DNA of 64,000 nt from Eledone cirrhosa (GCA_964016885.1 OZ024743.1:218116001-218180000), one strand, 5' to 3'; shown: positions 1 to 14,516, numbered from the stretch's first letter. A program made the numbers and translations. Notes: generated by a model from the letters alone, not told the origin.

Positions 1-1256
1 TCTCAGCGGCTGAAATCGGCTTTTCACTGAAATTTGCCTCGCTGTCCGAGAGTCGCGGTAGGCCGTCGAGGTATGGACCGAAATCCATAGCGCCCCCCGG
101 CGCGCCGCCCCGCCCGAACAGTTGAGCAAAGTGCCGCTGATAGGCGGCCACATCTGCTTCGGCTCACGTATCACGCGTCCGTGTTGGTCCTTCTAAGACC
201 GAATCGTGGACTTGTTGCCACTTTTTGCCTCCGTCACTCGGCCCCGAAGAACTGGTCCAAGGCCGTTCTCGTTGCTAGCACGCTGGCTACGTTGCCACTT
301 CTAATTGCCTCTTCTACTTTATCTACCAGTTCCTTCTCGGTTCTATTTCTATCTAACGCTAATTCTTTACTAAAATCTAACGAGTCTAATCTAACTGCCC
401 TCTTGAGAGAGTACCACCATCTGTTGTTGACAATGGCCCCTGTCAAGTGTTGTTTAACTAAAGTGCTAATCCGTCTACTGTAGGCTTTGCTTGTCGGTAA
501 CGACTAGTTCAGCTTCCAGGAGCCGGGTCCTTGTCTATGGGTTCTATCAAGGTTGGCCATGCAGGTCACTAGTTTGTGATCTGAATAGGCAACCATGAAC
601 ATTTGTGGACAGCTTAACATGTCCCTATCCTTATTTCTAACTAAAACCCTATCTAGGTACGATCTAGATGTTCCGCTACGATTACTCCACGTCCACAGTG
701 GCGCAGTCGGAAAATCTAGTCGATATCTATCGGCCAGGTCAAATCGGTCGATTAACTGTTTGAGGCTGTTACACCCCCCTTTATCGGGACATGCTCCCAC
801 ATAGTCCCAACGTGCATCTAGGATTCCATTCCAGTCCCCCACTAAAAGCAAGGAGCGGGACGTTCCCAGAAAAGTCTTTAGACGTTTGAAGAAGTCTGGC
901 CGCGGTGTACCGGATGGGGCATATGCGGCCACCAGCCTGAAGCCTCCACCTTCACTACCGTCAACGTCTAGGACCACCAGTCGACCCTCCGGGTCCAGAT
1001 GTACCGTCTGTGTAACGAGGCCCAGGTGTTTCCGCAGCAAAACGGCAACTGCGCCCCCACCCCTCGGTTGACAGAGAGATGCGTAGTTCTCAAAGTCATC
1101 GAAGATGGGGGCCAGCTGTCGCTCGCTGTGGATCCTGGACTCGCAAATGGCTACCACATCCATACTGTACGACCTGAGTTCGTTTAAGAGTTTGCCCTGT
1201 TTCCAGGGCATCCCCAGGCTGCGTACGTTCACACATCCAACTCTTATATTGGCCAT
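1..1256 (-). pseudogene. Tx1-like ORF2: APE endonuclease plus linker, interrupted
   Basis: APE motifs NVRSL, ICESR, YAPS, VGDWN, SYLDRV, SDHK and WKLN. In-frame stops at 504-506 and 234-236; 234..446 is the same frame. LPRLS...PISAAE near position 1 is typical of the pre-RT linker. Confidence 0.9.
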
Positions 1257-1289
1257 GTTGGTGCTGAAAAGTTAAAAGAGGAAAAGAGA

Positions 1290-3194
1290 TCAATCACCCT
1301 TCGTCTCCTGGGGACCAGGCCGCACAATTTCCCTGGGGGTGTTGGAGGGGTTGTCTGGATGGGTGGTGGTTTCCGGCGTGGTGTGGACGGAGATGTTTGG
1401 TGGGGTGGTGTCTGGTGGGATGGGGGTGTCTGGGGTGGGGAGACATTTGAGAAGGACGCGGTTGAGTGGTTTCACGCAGGAATTCCCCACATCCTTTTCA
1501 AATGTTTCTTTTAGGGACCTATAAGTTTGTATAGGGATCCTAATCAGTTTTAGGTTCAGTTTTTTGTTATTTTTAATAGAGTGGGCGAAAGTTTTCCCTT
1601 CGGTTTTCACCGAAGGGTCGTTCCTGATGGTCTCGATTAGTGTTTTGTTTTCAGTGTTTATGTAAGTGTAAGTGTAATTTTTTTGTGTTGTCTTTGTTTT
1701 TGTCTGTAGTTCTTGTGTGTGCTTTCGTTTTGTTGTAGGTATTTTGTTTTCAGGAGGTGGGGGTTTTCTTTGTGATGTTTTTGTTGTTTGTGTTGGTGGT
1801 TGTATGTTTGTGGTAGTGTTTGCTGGGTTTTTGCTTTTGTGATGTATTTTCTTTCTTTTCGAGCGATGGGGTTCTCCCTCGTCTTCACTGGGTGATGGCG
1901 AGATAGCCTCATCTGTTGTATCGTCTGTGTGATTGGGGAGGGGTATGTCTTGGGGAGCTGTTGTGTATGTATGTGATTTTGCAGTGGTTTTAGGTGGAGT
2001 GGGGTTGGGTGGGACTGTGTTTGTTGTGGTTATTTTTGTGTGTTGGTGTTGTTGTTGTTGTGGTGGTGTTGGTGGTTGTGTTGTTTTGATGGGTGTCGGC
2101 AGAAGAGCCTTTTTTTTACTCATTAATTTAGGACAGGAAGCCCTCAGGTGACCCCTTCTAAAGCAATGGTAACATGAAGGCCGCCAACACTCAACGGAAA
2201 AGTTTATGTAGGTGAGTCCGTCCAGGAGTACACGTTGTGGGATCATAGCTATTCGCTCTGGGCTCATTTGCACCAGAACTTCAATGCTAGTCCCATTGAA
2301 TACATCTCTGGGGCACTTTCCTACTGACAGTATTCTGTCTTCATCAAAATTGATGAAGCCGCACAGTATCCACCATATGTTCACCTTTGGTGTGACACTC
2401 GTGATTTTAATCTTCTGTGTCCTTTTTCCCATGTATGTAGGGAAAAAGGTATACAGGTTGGATACAATTGGCGACACAGAGTAATTTTGGGCCGTCAATT
2501 GATCCTTCATGAGTACCGAAATACTCCCAAAAAGTTTGCTTCTTTGAATGAATGCAATATCATTCATTGAATTTTTGAAAACCAGTTCAATTTCTTTCTG
2601 TGACAATTGGACTGCTTTTCGGGTAGAATTGGAAACTGTCCTAAAAACTATCGTTTTGAGAGCAGTTTCCTTGCGAATTTCTACCGGAGAATCTATGCTG
2701 AAAGCACCATTTTTTTCGAAAGTGACATATCTCCTAGCGGCCTTTAAAAGTTGTTCGGCATTTGTTATGTCGAGATATGTCAGTTCCTCCTTTTTTTTAA
2801 CTGTCTGTGCAAAGGAGATTTTGGTTTCTTTGTGGAATTATCCGTGTTTGTGGTGTTGTCATTATTGTTGTTATTGTTGTTGTTATTCTTGTTGTCACTG
2901 ATGTTGATATTATTCGTATTTTCCTTGGTGTTGGTGTTGGTGTTGTTGTTGCCTTTGATGCTGGTGTTATTGGTGTTGTCTTTATTTTTTTCTTTGTTGT
3001 TGTTGTCATTGTTGTTATTTTTGTTGTCATTGAACTGTTTGGTGTCATTTGTATTGTTTGGATATGAATTTGTTTTTACATTTTCATTTCGTCTTTCCAT
3101 CTCCATAGTATCTAGGGAAGAAGACGATGTTGACTGCCCGCTCTGTAGTCTTACCGACTCTCCACCACCATTATCGTTGAACGCAGCGTTCATA
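1290..3194 (-). pseudogene. Tx1-like ORF1 (gag-like) with zinc knuckle and one apparent frameshift
   Basis: CYHCFRRGHLRASC fits CX2CX4HX4C, followed by a Pro/Thr-rich tail. The 1290..2606 frame stays open to about 2835 (ISFAQTVKKK). An Asn-rich N-terminal part (2780..3253) lies in another frame. Confidence 0.75.
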
Positions 3195-3427
3195 ACGTAA
3201 TCAAACGTTTTACTATATTTTTTCCAAAATTCGATGGAGAAAAAATATTTCAAACGAATATTTCGCCCCTGTAGGGGCGAAAATGAGTTGACCCACCACC
3301 TGAAGGTCCAGACGGGGGGGTCAAGTTACACAATAACATAAAATTTAACTGAAAACTCACGTTTTTTTCTTACATAAATTAACGGAAACTTCTCCGCGAA
3401 GTTACATACGTCTGGTAGAGAGATAGA

Positions 3428-3708
3428 TAGATACATATGTTTCTTTTATTTGCCACCAGGGCATCAAAAGTGGGACAAGTACAATGGGGGGAGTTTACAA
3501 AACAAGGCGTCCTCAATAAGGAGGAGGCAATAACAATATATAAAAATAAAAAAAAAATAAAATATAACAAAAAATAAAATTTATAACAAAGTCCTCAATA
3601 GAGAGGAGGCGCCTTGGGGGGTCGCACACACCCCCGAAAAAAGTGTGCAACCCTTCTCCTCAGGAGCACAGAGAAGGGGTGCTCCCTTGGTCTTTCATCT
3701 TCCTCACC
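3428..3708 (-). mobile_element. Tx1-like 3' UTR fragment between GATA tracts
   Basis: Closely matches 26135-26420, which is attached to a Tx1 ORF2 C-terminus. On the minus strand it ends GCAAATAAAAGAAAC then TATC repeats. Confidence 0.8.
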
Positions 3709-3837
<129 letters not shown>

Positions 3838-4433
3838 CATGGAGTCATTTTATTTCAAGATAACAGTTTACTGGTGATTAAGCGTTATTTCCGTTTATTT
3901 AATTACTTACGATTCAAACTACATGTGAGTAGAACGAGATTTTGTCTATTTTAAATGGTGTTAGTTTAAATAAGAACATTTTAAAATAAACTTAATACAA
4001 TTATTGACAATATTGATAGCACCACAAAATTATTTTTCCCATAATTTGAGAACATTTAAAGTTTGTAACTTTTTCAATGAAATATGATGTATGTATACAA
4101 GTTATAGAATTATGAATTCATATGACACTAATAATTTATCAAGTAAACAACATTTCTTAAAATAGAATCGTTTCTACGAGATGTATATATAACTTTGATA
4201 ATAGCTATATCTGAAATTTCTACTCATTTCTTCATTGTGTATTTACAACAAGGAGCTATTTCATTGAATAACACGACATAACATAAAGCGAAACAAGATA
4301 GGAAACCATTAGCGTACCATACATATATATTCAGCATAATGCACCACTAAAATATAGAATTAATAATGGAAGCAATATTTATAACATATACATGTTTGTG
4401 CGTGTCTATTGTGTATGCATATGGGCATATACA

Positions 4434-4508
<75 letters not shown>

Positions 4509-4817
4509 AATCATCAAACGATTTTCCCCTAAAAAAAAGAATATTTACCCGAAAGCATTTTCCTCGTGATACTTTCCACAGCCGATAACTCTGAGAGTAG
4601 ATAGATAATGGCAACCATTCTTTCATATATATATATATATATATGAATGACTTCTACAGGACCAGAACAATTTCATTCGTATAAAATGGACACCCTAATG
4701 ATTTCATACAAATATAACAGTTCTAGTCTTGTAGAAGTCATTTTTATATGTAATAAAGATGCATATATTCTACCAATGTATTGAGTATCTTTTTTAATTC
4801 TGGTAACCCCGACACAG

Positions 4818-4929
<112 letters not shown>

Positions 4930-5305
4930 GTAAGAATTATATGATATATATATACTATATTTAATCGACATTGATGCTTATGCAAAATGTCAAACGGAAA
5001 ATGTCACTATAACATAGATGTGTAGCTTATGCAGTGCTGCAGATAAGAGAGATGTAAATATGTGACACAACTGCAAAGAAAGACTGTAAAATGGGTTTAT
5101 TACATCATAAAAGTTTCATTTCATTGGCTAAACAATTACCTGACGAAACAACTCAATTTAACTGCTAACGATTTGTTATAGCTTTCAGTGTCACATATAA
5201 CCACATATCAACATTGCTGCTACTGAAATCATGGTATTTTATATTTAACACTGTTCCTTTACAATCGCCACTCAGTATTATGAAGATATGTGAGAGAATG
5301 TAGAT

Positions 5306-5459
5306 AGGAAAGTGGACTAGAATGATCATAGGCTGACTATGAAGGAGTGATGCTAGAGATGTGAAATCTTATTAATTACTTCGTTGTTTCTCTCCAGGGA
5401 CTAGGTTGAAAAATAAACCTCATTTGGTCAGCCTATGAACTTTTCAGTCGACGCTCGTA
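5306..5459 (+). mobile_element. Mariner-derived MITE, decayed copy
   Basis: Ends AGCCTATGAACTTTTCAGTCGACGCTCG-TA. The body matches 38187-38404 and 42987-43177. Confidence 0.7.
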
Positions 5460-5569
5460 TCTGAGGTGATAACATGCTAAAACATCAATTCAAAGGACAG
5501 TAGTTGGTATCTTATCATAACCGTTCCTTCGTAGCGTTCTAGCTGAGTCTAAAGTCTGTTTTGAGCCCG

Positions 5570-5830
5570 GAGGCTCATTAGGCCAGTGCTTATCCCGTTT
5601 TCCGTGGCGTTAAGCAACTGAGAGTACAAGACTCTCCCTAGACAAGACGCCAGTCCACCACAGGGTTAATTCCCCTGTTTATTTTTGGTACTCATTTTCA
5701 GCTGAGTATCCAGGAGCAACGTGAAATGAAGTGTTTTGCTCAAGAACACTACACACAACCCCGTCCAGGAATCAAAACCACGACATTAAGGTCGTAAGTC
5801 CAACACCCTTACCACTAAGCCACGCGCTCC
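5570..5830 (-). mobile_element. tRNA-derived SINE (second family)
   Basis: The minus strand starts GCGCGTGGCTTAGTGG (box A), then a decayed box B, then TGTTCTTGAGCAAAACACTT. Relatives at about 19100-19300 (-) and 19678-19790 (+). Confidence 0.75.
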
Positions 5831-6052
5831 TTCGTAACTTTGGCCATATTCAATGGTGTGTGGTATAGATTTCAAGTATCCTGGTGGTCTCAATGAACGT
5901 AATGGAATTCTCTCCAAGCTATTTCCCTTTCTAATCACTCAATCAGTCCGAGGTTGCATCTATGTCCTCATACACCTCGGCTTGTTGTGTGTGAGGATAA
6001 GTAAGGGTAGAAGTAGAAAGGAGATATGGAGGAAGATGAAGGGGATGAGCTA

Positions 6053-6160
6053 GAAGAAGAAGAAGAAGAAGAAGAAGAAGAAGAAGAAGAAGAAGAAGAA
6101 GAAGAAGAAGAAGAAGAAGAAGAAGAAGAAGAAGAAGAAGAAGAAGAAGAAGAAGAAGAA
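6053..6160. repeat. (GAA)n microsatellite
   Basis: Direct reading. Confidence 0.98.
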
Positions 6161-6613
6161 TATAGTCAATGATGCTGATAATGTTATTGTTGCTGTTGTT
6201 GTTGTTGAAGATGATGGTGGCGGTGGTGATGGTGGTGGTGTTAATGAAGAGAAGGAGAAGAAGAGTTGTGTAGGAGAAGGAAAATGATAATGGTGATAGA
6301 AGGGTTATGACATTCTGCTGATTAGTATAATTCTAAAAATTGTAGAGGTGAATTTTTGTCGTTATTCATTTGCATGTTATAGCGTGCAAATCTTTTTGTT
6401 GCTGATGATGTTGTTGTACTGTTATAACTTTGCCTGTTATCATATAATGAAAACTGAGCCACATCTCTCCTTTGTTGTATATTATGTTTGATCCTGCGCA
6501 GCAAACGAAATAATTAAACTGGAAATATTTTGTTTGAAAATATATATTGCATGGTAGCCATGGTAACATTCAATATACCCATACTATAGCTTCGACATTA
6601 TATACATACATAT

Positions 6614-6650
<37 letters not shown>

Positions 6651-6675
6651 ATGCATATATATATATATATATGGA

Positions 6676-6717
<42 letters not shown>

Positions 6718-6720
6718 TAT

Positions 6721-6807
<87 letters not shown>

Positions 6808-6816
6808 CATATATAT

Positions 6817-6849
<33 letters not shown>

Positions 6850-6899
6850 ATATGGAAAACGCGGAATCAATGATACACCGAAAGACACAAATTTAATAC

Positions 6900-7059
<160 letters not shown>

Positions 7060-7211
7060 CGAAGGAATTGTGGTAAGGAACCAGATGAACCATAACGCAC
7101 CAAATTACTCAATACTTAGGGTAGTAGAGTGGGTAATAGGAACAAGTATGACCCCGACGGCAGAGTTCAACCCGTTTCGACGGCTATTTCCAGAAATAGC
7201 CGTCGAAACGG

Positions 7212-7611
<400 letters not shown>

Positions 7612-7953
7612 TGTAACTTGGAGTTACTGCAGATTCACCCGGGTGAGCACTCAATGTTTAAGTTCACTTCTGTGTTGAGGTGTAGAGCTATACAGAGTGT
7701 AATATATTGAAAGGATAACAAGGAGGAATTGGTTACTCCTTCATTACATTTATTGGTAGGTGACGCCCGTTTCGCCACTGATCAGCTCAAGGTTCGATCT
7801 GTATCGATCTTACCCGACTCAATAATCGGCAGCTCGGCGGGCCCTTTAAAATGGTATAAGAATATGAATACATGCTATGTGATAAAGTCAGAAGTTCATA
7901 AGTTGTACAATATGAGTTGTTTTAATTGGTGGAAAAGATCATGGGATGTATTG

Positions 7954-8140
7954 GCCTGTAGTGTATGTGGGGGTGGATGGGATGATAAGATGTTGGTGAC
8001 GGTCGCTGGCTGCGATGAGCTGTGGTGTGGGGGTGGCGGATTGACTTTCGCCTGTAGTGTGTGTGGGGGTGGATGTGATGATAAGATGGTGGTGACGGTC
8101 GCTGATTGGAATGGGTTGTGGTGTGGGGGTAGTGGATTGT
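7954..8140. repeat. Two diverged tandem copies of a ~96-bp GT-rich unit
   Basis: CCTGTAGTGT..GGGGGTGGATG..GATAAGATG..GTGACGGTCGCTG occurs at about 7954 and 8051. Confidence 0.85.
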
Positions 8141-8626
8141 CGGTAGACAGGTTGGCGTATATTTTTGGCTGGTTATTGTGTGGGGTGTGGTTGTGGTGTT
8201 GTTGTTTATGGTAGTGGCGTTTGTTGTGGTGTGGTGGATGTGTTGGTGGTGTCAAGTCCATGGGGAGGTATATATCTAGACACTCTTAGTCTGACAAATA
8301 CGTTGTATATATACGCACATGCGCATATGTACTGACATATATACATACACACCTATATACACACACATACACGCGCCCACATACATCCACACGTACATAT
8401 ATCTATATGCATATATATGCACACACATATATATGCTCATGCGCGCGTGTGGATATATAGAGAGAGGGGGTGGCGTAGTATAAAGATAGAGGGAGGGGGA
8501 GAGCCAATGGAGATGGTGTTGTACATATAGACATACACATACATACGCACACACAAATACACATATAGATATACACACATACACGTACACACAGATATAC
8601 ACATACACATATATATATACACACAC

Positions 8627-8696
<70 letters not shown>

Positions 8697-9722
8697 GCAT
8701 ATATATAAACGCACACATATATAAAAATACTTACAAACAGACACACACACTTGCGTTGGCTCGAGAGTAAAGGTATGTGTTGGCGATGTTAATGAAGTTA
8801 ATGAATGTTGAGGTATGGAGTTGTGCCTTGTGATGGCGGTGGTGGAGTTGTGAGCGACAAAAATATACAGGATCGAATAATACGATGGGTTACAGGTTAA
8901 AAGGTGACATAGGGAACACGGGGGAATAAAAGATTGTGGACGTATAGCGATGTGATGTGGTCATGGTGGTGGTGGTAGTGATGGTGTGATATGTTCAACA
9001 ATATGATTACATGATCAGATGTTACGGTGGGTTACAGGGTAAAGCATAGGGAGAGGGCAGATGTAACACAGTCGTTCTGGGAGTGATTGACATATAAATA
9101 TATCTAAAATAAACATATGAAACAATCACAGGGGATAATTTGTAAAAGTGTGTAAGCACACATCGTTATGTAGGTAACTAAAAAAGTTTAACTAGAACTT
9201 CAAAAATATATACCTTATAAATTGATTAATCTTCCTTTTATATATTCCATTAAAGAAATATAATTCACCAATTAATCGATTAGTAAACGACAGTAGCTAG
9301 ATCCTGGATTTTCATCAAGGAAGGGGACTAACCATCTGTGTTTACGCATCAAATTCAAATCAGCGACTGGCCAGTAACACGTGCTGTATTTATTAAAAGT
9401 ACACACATCGTACCAGCTTCGTCTCAGTGGTGTGAATAGGGTTATCGACAACTAGAAATAGCAGTCAAGTCCTTTCAACTTAGTTAGCTCTACAATTAAG
9501 GGGCTGTATTTATGATTTTGGATATATATATATATTTACTTAATTTTGGATATATATATATATATATATGTAGAAGAGATATTTAATTTGTTGGAAATCC
9601 AACAAATATAGATGTTTATAACTGATTCAGAGCACTTGACAGTTTTCTGGGGTAAGTATTCAATGATATTAAATAAATGGAAACTATTTATAAAACCATA
9701 TTTATTTTTATTAAACATTTTG

Positions 9723-9784
9723 TATTTTATCTGATGATAGCGTACCAAAATTTTTGGTACCCTTGAAATATATATAATAGAATA
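9723..9784 (+). ncRNA. Minimal type I hammerhead ribozyme motif (TATTTTAT family)
   Basis: UAUUUUAU-CUGAUGA-stem II (GUACCA/UGGUAC)-GAAA-UAUAUA-UA-AUAGAAUA. The first stem II pair is U-U in this copy. Confidence 0.7.
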
Positions 9785-9851
9785 AATATGGTTTTATAAA
9801 TATAGTTTCCATTTATTTAATATCATTGTATGTATATATATATATATATAT

Positions 9852-10042
9852 AATTGTTTCTACTTTAGGCACAAGCCCAGCAATTATCCAGTGCATTACT
9901 GGTTCTTTATTTTATCGACCCCGTAAGGATGAAAGGCAAAGTCAACCTCGGCGGGATTTGAACTCAGATCGTAAAGGGACGTAACTATGCTGGAAAGCAT
10001 GGCGTCCGACCCTCTATCGATACTGCCAATCCACCGCCCTTA
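9852..10042 (-). mobile_element. tRNA-derived SINE, dominant ~190-bp family
   Basis: Head GGGCGGTGGATTGGCAGTATCG, box B GAGTTCAAATCCC, core CTTTGCCTTTCATCCTTACGGGGTCGATAAAATAAAG, tail GTAGAAACAATT. Confidence 0.88.
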
Positions 10043-10609
10043 TATATATATATATAATATCTTGGCACGAGTATAACAATGATTATATAACATATTAAGG
10101 ATAGTAAAGGGAAGTTGTCGAGGAAGGGAGATGGCAAGATGGTATCGTTAGGTTTATGGACGTTACGTGCATCAGAATGGCATAGGATGGAAACAATCGA
10201 AATCAGCTTGCAGAGGTATTCGCATTGCATGAGGACAGATAATGCTGTTGTTGTTAGCAGTGTTGGTGGTGGTGGTTGTGATAGGGGCGGGTGTTTGTGG
10301 TGGGGGCGATTGGGGTGGAGTAATGGAGGGATGTTGGTAGTGATGGGGGGGTTGATAGGGGGTAATGGTGGTGTTGGTGGTGTTGGTGGTGGTGGTGGTG
10401 GTAGTGGTGGTAATGGTGGTGGTGTTGGTGGTGAAGGGGGGTGTTAATGGTGGTGGTAGTGGTGGTGATGGATGTGGCGTTGCTATTGTTGTTCTTGTTG
10501 TTTATTTGGTTGTTGTTTTTTGTTTGTTTGTTTTTTGTGGTGGTGGTGGTGGTAGTTATGGTAATAGTGATGTTGCTGTTGTTGTTTTTGGCGGTGGTGA
10601 TGTTGGTAC

Positions 10610-11706
10610 TGGTGCTGGGGCTGGTTGTGGTGGTGGTGCTGGTGGTGTTAGTGGTGCTGGTGGTGCTGGTGTTAGTGGTGGTGGTGTTTGTGGTGATGGT
10701 GCTGGTGCTGCTGCTTGTGCTGGTGCTGGTAGTATTAGTGGTGGTGGTGGTTGTGGTGTTAGTGGTGGTGATGCTGGTGGTGCTGGTAGTGCTGGTAGTG
10801 CTGGTTTTAGTGGTGGTGGTGTTTGTGGTCGTGGTGGTGCTGGTGCTGCTGCTTGTGCTGGTGCTGGTAGTATTAGTGGTGGTGCTGGTGGTGGTGGTGG
10901 TGGTGGTGGTTGTGTTAGTGGTGGTGGTGCTGGTGGTGCTGGTGGTGCTGGTGGTGCTGGTAGTGCTGGTTTTAGTGGTGGTGGTGTTTGTGGTGGTGGT
11001 GGTGCTGGTGCTGCTGCTTGTGTTGGTGCTGGTAGTATTAGTGGTGGTGGTGGTGGTGGTGGTGGTGGTGGTTGTGTTAGTGGTGGTGGTGCTGGTGGTG
11101 CTGGTGGTGCTGGTGGTGCTGGTGGTGCTGGTAGTGCTGGTTTTAGTGGTGGTGGTGTTTGTGGTGGTGGTGGTGCTGGTGCTGCTGCTTGTGCTGGTGC
11201 TGGTAGTATTAGTGGTGGTGGTGGTGGTGGTGGTGGTGGTGGTTGTGTTAGTGGTGGTGGTGCTGGTGGTGCTGGTGGTGCTGGTGGTGCTGGTGGTGGT
11301 GGTAGTGCTGGTTTTAGTGGTGGTGGTGTTTGTGGTGGTGGTGGTGCTGGTGCTGCTGCTTGTGCTGGTGCTGGTAGTATTAATGGTGGTGGTGGTGGTG
11401 GTTGTGTTAGTGGTGGTGGTGCTGGTGGTGCTGGTGGTGCTGGTGGTGCTGGTAGTGCTGGTTTTAGTGGTGGTGGTGTTTGTGGTGGTCGTGGTGCTGG
11501 TGCTGCTGGTGGTGCTGGTGTTAGTGGTGGTGGTGTTTGTGGTCGTGGTGCTGGTGCTGCTGCTTATGCTGGTGATGGTAGTATTAGTGGTAGTGGTGGT
11601 GGTGGTGGTGTTAGTGGTGGTGCTGGTGGTGGTGCTGTTGCTGGAGCTGGTGCTGCTGCTGCTGCTGCTGCTGCTGGTAGTGTTAGTGGTGGTGGTGGTG
11701 GTGGTG
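10610..11706 (+). repeat. GGT-derived higher-order minisatellite (about 6 units of 120-150 bp); reads as a Gly/Ala/Cys-rich ORF
   Basis: Repeating unit GGGVCGGGGAGAAACAGAGSISGGGG..CVSGGGAGGAGSAGFS. Nearly every triplet ends in T. Confidence 0.85.
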
Positions 11707-12654
11707 TCAGTATAACCAGAGAAGCGTCTGTGTCAGAATGGTATATGTTATGATATGCAATAAGAACGAGTAGAAAAAAAAATTCCCGAACACAAACATT
11801 CATTGGCTGGCAAAAACTGTGCTGTTTATTATGTTAAATATTACATGATGGAGAAGAAAAAGAAAGAAAAAGAAAGATAGATATAGTCTAAAATTGAATG
11901 AATGAGTGGCAAAGATTGTGCTGTCATCCTGATAAATATTTTTAGACGAAGACAATACCTGTCATAAAGTGATGAATAGAATACAGTTATGTAATGCTGC
12001 TACGAATTTTCAGATAAGAACTGATCCATTTCTATATTGACGGCAAGTGTGAAACGCTATTGTGAAGTGAAGCTATCATTCGTTTCGGTAATAACAGAAA
12101 CCAGAGCTGACCGTCAGATTGATGGTGAATGAAAACAATATATCATAGATCACTACAGTTTGCCAAACAAACTACGCGTTATTGATCGCAGCTTTCTTTC
12201 AACAAACTCCCGAAAATAATACATCTATAATGATGTTTGATGCACCATCGAATGTCTTTTTCGTTTATTTATATAACCATTTATTTATTTTCCTTCTGGA
12301 AATTATATTTGATATACAAGTTAGTTTCGGTTATCGTCTGCTTTTATTTACGTTTACGTTTTTGTTATTTTTCTAATTTTTGATTCACCCATTAGATATA
12401 CATTTATGTTCGTATATATGTATGTTCATATACGTATATCTGTGTATATAAACATTTAATTTGCGAATATTTCTTGTATATAAACGTTTAATGCATCATT
12501 CTATTCATATATTTTTCTATCCCGAAATTCAACCTATGGGCATTATTTGGTATATAATACCTACACTCTCCATAAAGGTGAATAGCTATGTCTATATAAA
12601 TATATATATATTACACATCTATATACATATATACGCACATATATAAACTGACAT

Positions 12655-12722
<68 letters not shown>

Positions 12723-12761
12723 GTATATACACATATATATATATACACATACAAACATATA

Positions 12762-12835
<74 letters not shown>

Positions 12836-13308
12836 AATATATACATAAATATATATATATAATTCTATTATTATAATGCAGTTTTCGAATTCTCTGCTAC
12901 GATCGAAGAAGACAAAAAAGAAAAAGAAAGGTAGGTCAATGTAATGTCTCTAAACTTTAAAGCAATTTTATTTTTAACTCTAACTACAAAATAATTTTAG
13001 AATCTGAAGCAATTAAGGATACAGATCGATAGAGAGAATCGAAGTTTTTTGAACATCGTAGCTTTCAACCTTTTTGACCGTTATTGATCGTACAATATTT
13101 TTAGTGAAATTTATTAATCTAAACGGAAATTATTCTCAAAATAGATATTCTGGACACATAAGAAGCTTGACGCTTGAGAATTTGTCATATTTGTTCTTTT
13201 CATCTCAATTAACGTAGTTTACGTCCGTCATTTTGTATGTCTGTATATCTGTATGTATGTAATATATGTGTGTTTACCAATATATATATATATATATATT
13301 GGTAAACC

Positions 13309-13343
<35 letters not shown>

Positions 13344-13466
13344 ATTGGTAAACCTATATATATATATAGTGGTAGAGCACTGGAAGGTAATATCGTAGTG
13401 GTAGAGCATTCAGTTCATGGGACGAGTTAGATAGAAGTGGTTACACAACAGTTAGTTGACCAGACA

Positions 13467-13502
13467 GAGAACAATTGTTTCACCTTAGCGGATCCTCAGC
13501 TC
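13467..13502 (-). ncRNA. Minimal hammerhead motif, same family as 7431-7468
   Basis: Minus strand GAG-CUGAGGA-UCCGCUAAGGU-GAAA-CAAUUG-UU-CUC. Confidence 0.68.
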
Positions 13503-14020
13503 GTAATGGTCCTCCATTGCTTCTCTCTCCTCTGAAATCATTATCTCTATTTCATTCTCTCTCTATCTCATTTTCTCTCTCTCCTTCTCTCCCCAGAAAA
13601 ACTTTTACTTCAGTCGTTGAGTGAAGAGGTTGGTATCAGGGCCAGTGTGCATTAGGGGTTTCTCAAAGGTATTGCAATAGTTGGTGTGTGAAAGGAGAGA
13701 CAATGCTTCTGCAACATATACACGTGCAGCCATAAATGTGAGATAAAGAGGTTCATTTCACAACAACCACGTTACTTTGGGTTCAGTTCCATTGAGTTTC
13801 ACTTGAGTTTTTTACTATAGCCTGTGGGTATAGTAAAAAAACCAAGGCCATGTGAGTGAAGCACAATATATATATATATATTGTGAGATAAACCACAGAC
13901 CCTCCATCTCAACACTACTTTTGAAAAGCAGAAGAACTGCGAAACCGGTAAAGGAACAAAATAAATATATATATATTTTTAAAAAAAGACTCCAGTTGCA
14001 TTTTCGATTTCATCTCTTTT

Positions 14021-14082
<62 letters not shown>

Positions 14083-14093
14083 TGTGCTTCACT

Positions 14094-14130
<37 letters not shown>

Positions 14131-14134
<4 letters not shown>

Positions 14135-14516
14135 GTTTCTACGTTTGGCACAAGGCCAGCAAATAGCCAGTGCATTACTGGTACTTTATTTTTCGACCTC
14201 GTAAGGATGAAAGGCAAACTTAACCTCGGCGGGATTTGAACTAAGAATGGCAAGGTCCGTAACTCTATACGTCAAATCATGGCGTCCGACCCTCTACCGA
14301 TACTGCCAATCCACCGCCCTAAAATTAGAGTTTCTACTTTTGGCACAAGGCCAGCGATTACTCCAGTGCACCACTGCTACTTTATTTTATCGACCTCGTA
14401 AGTATGAAAGGCAAAGTTAATCTCGGTGGATTTGAACTCAGAACGCAAAGGGCCATAACTCTGCTGCAAAACATGGTGTCTGACGCTCTACAGATACTGC
14501 CAAACCACTGCCCTTA
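14131..14516 (-). mobile_element. Two head-to-tail copies of the dominant tRNA SINE
   Basis: 14131-14320 and 14328-14516 both match 9852-10042. Confidence 0.85.

Larger units (their letters stand above)
1..3415 (-). mobile_element. Tx1/L1-group non-LTR retrotransposon, 5' portion (5' UTR, ORF1, start of ORF2), decayed; runs off the window start
   Basis: ORF1 with a CCHC knuckle is followed after about 30 nt by an APE-endonuclease ORF2. The 5' end abuts GATA repeats near 3420. Confidence 0.88.

Noticed and set aside
181-3200. Plus-strand ORFs over the Tx1 element
   Set aside because: They are antisense shadows of the minus-strand ORF1/ORF2 and of low-complexity AAC/ACC tracts.
10441-11715. 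424-aa poly-Val/Leu membrane-like ORF
   Set aside because: It is an alternative frame of the GGT minisatellite.
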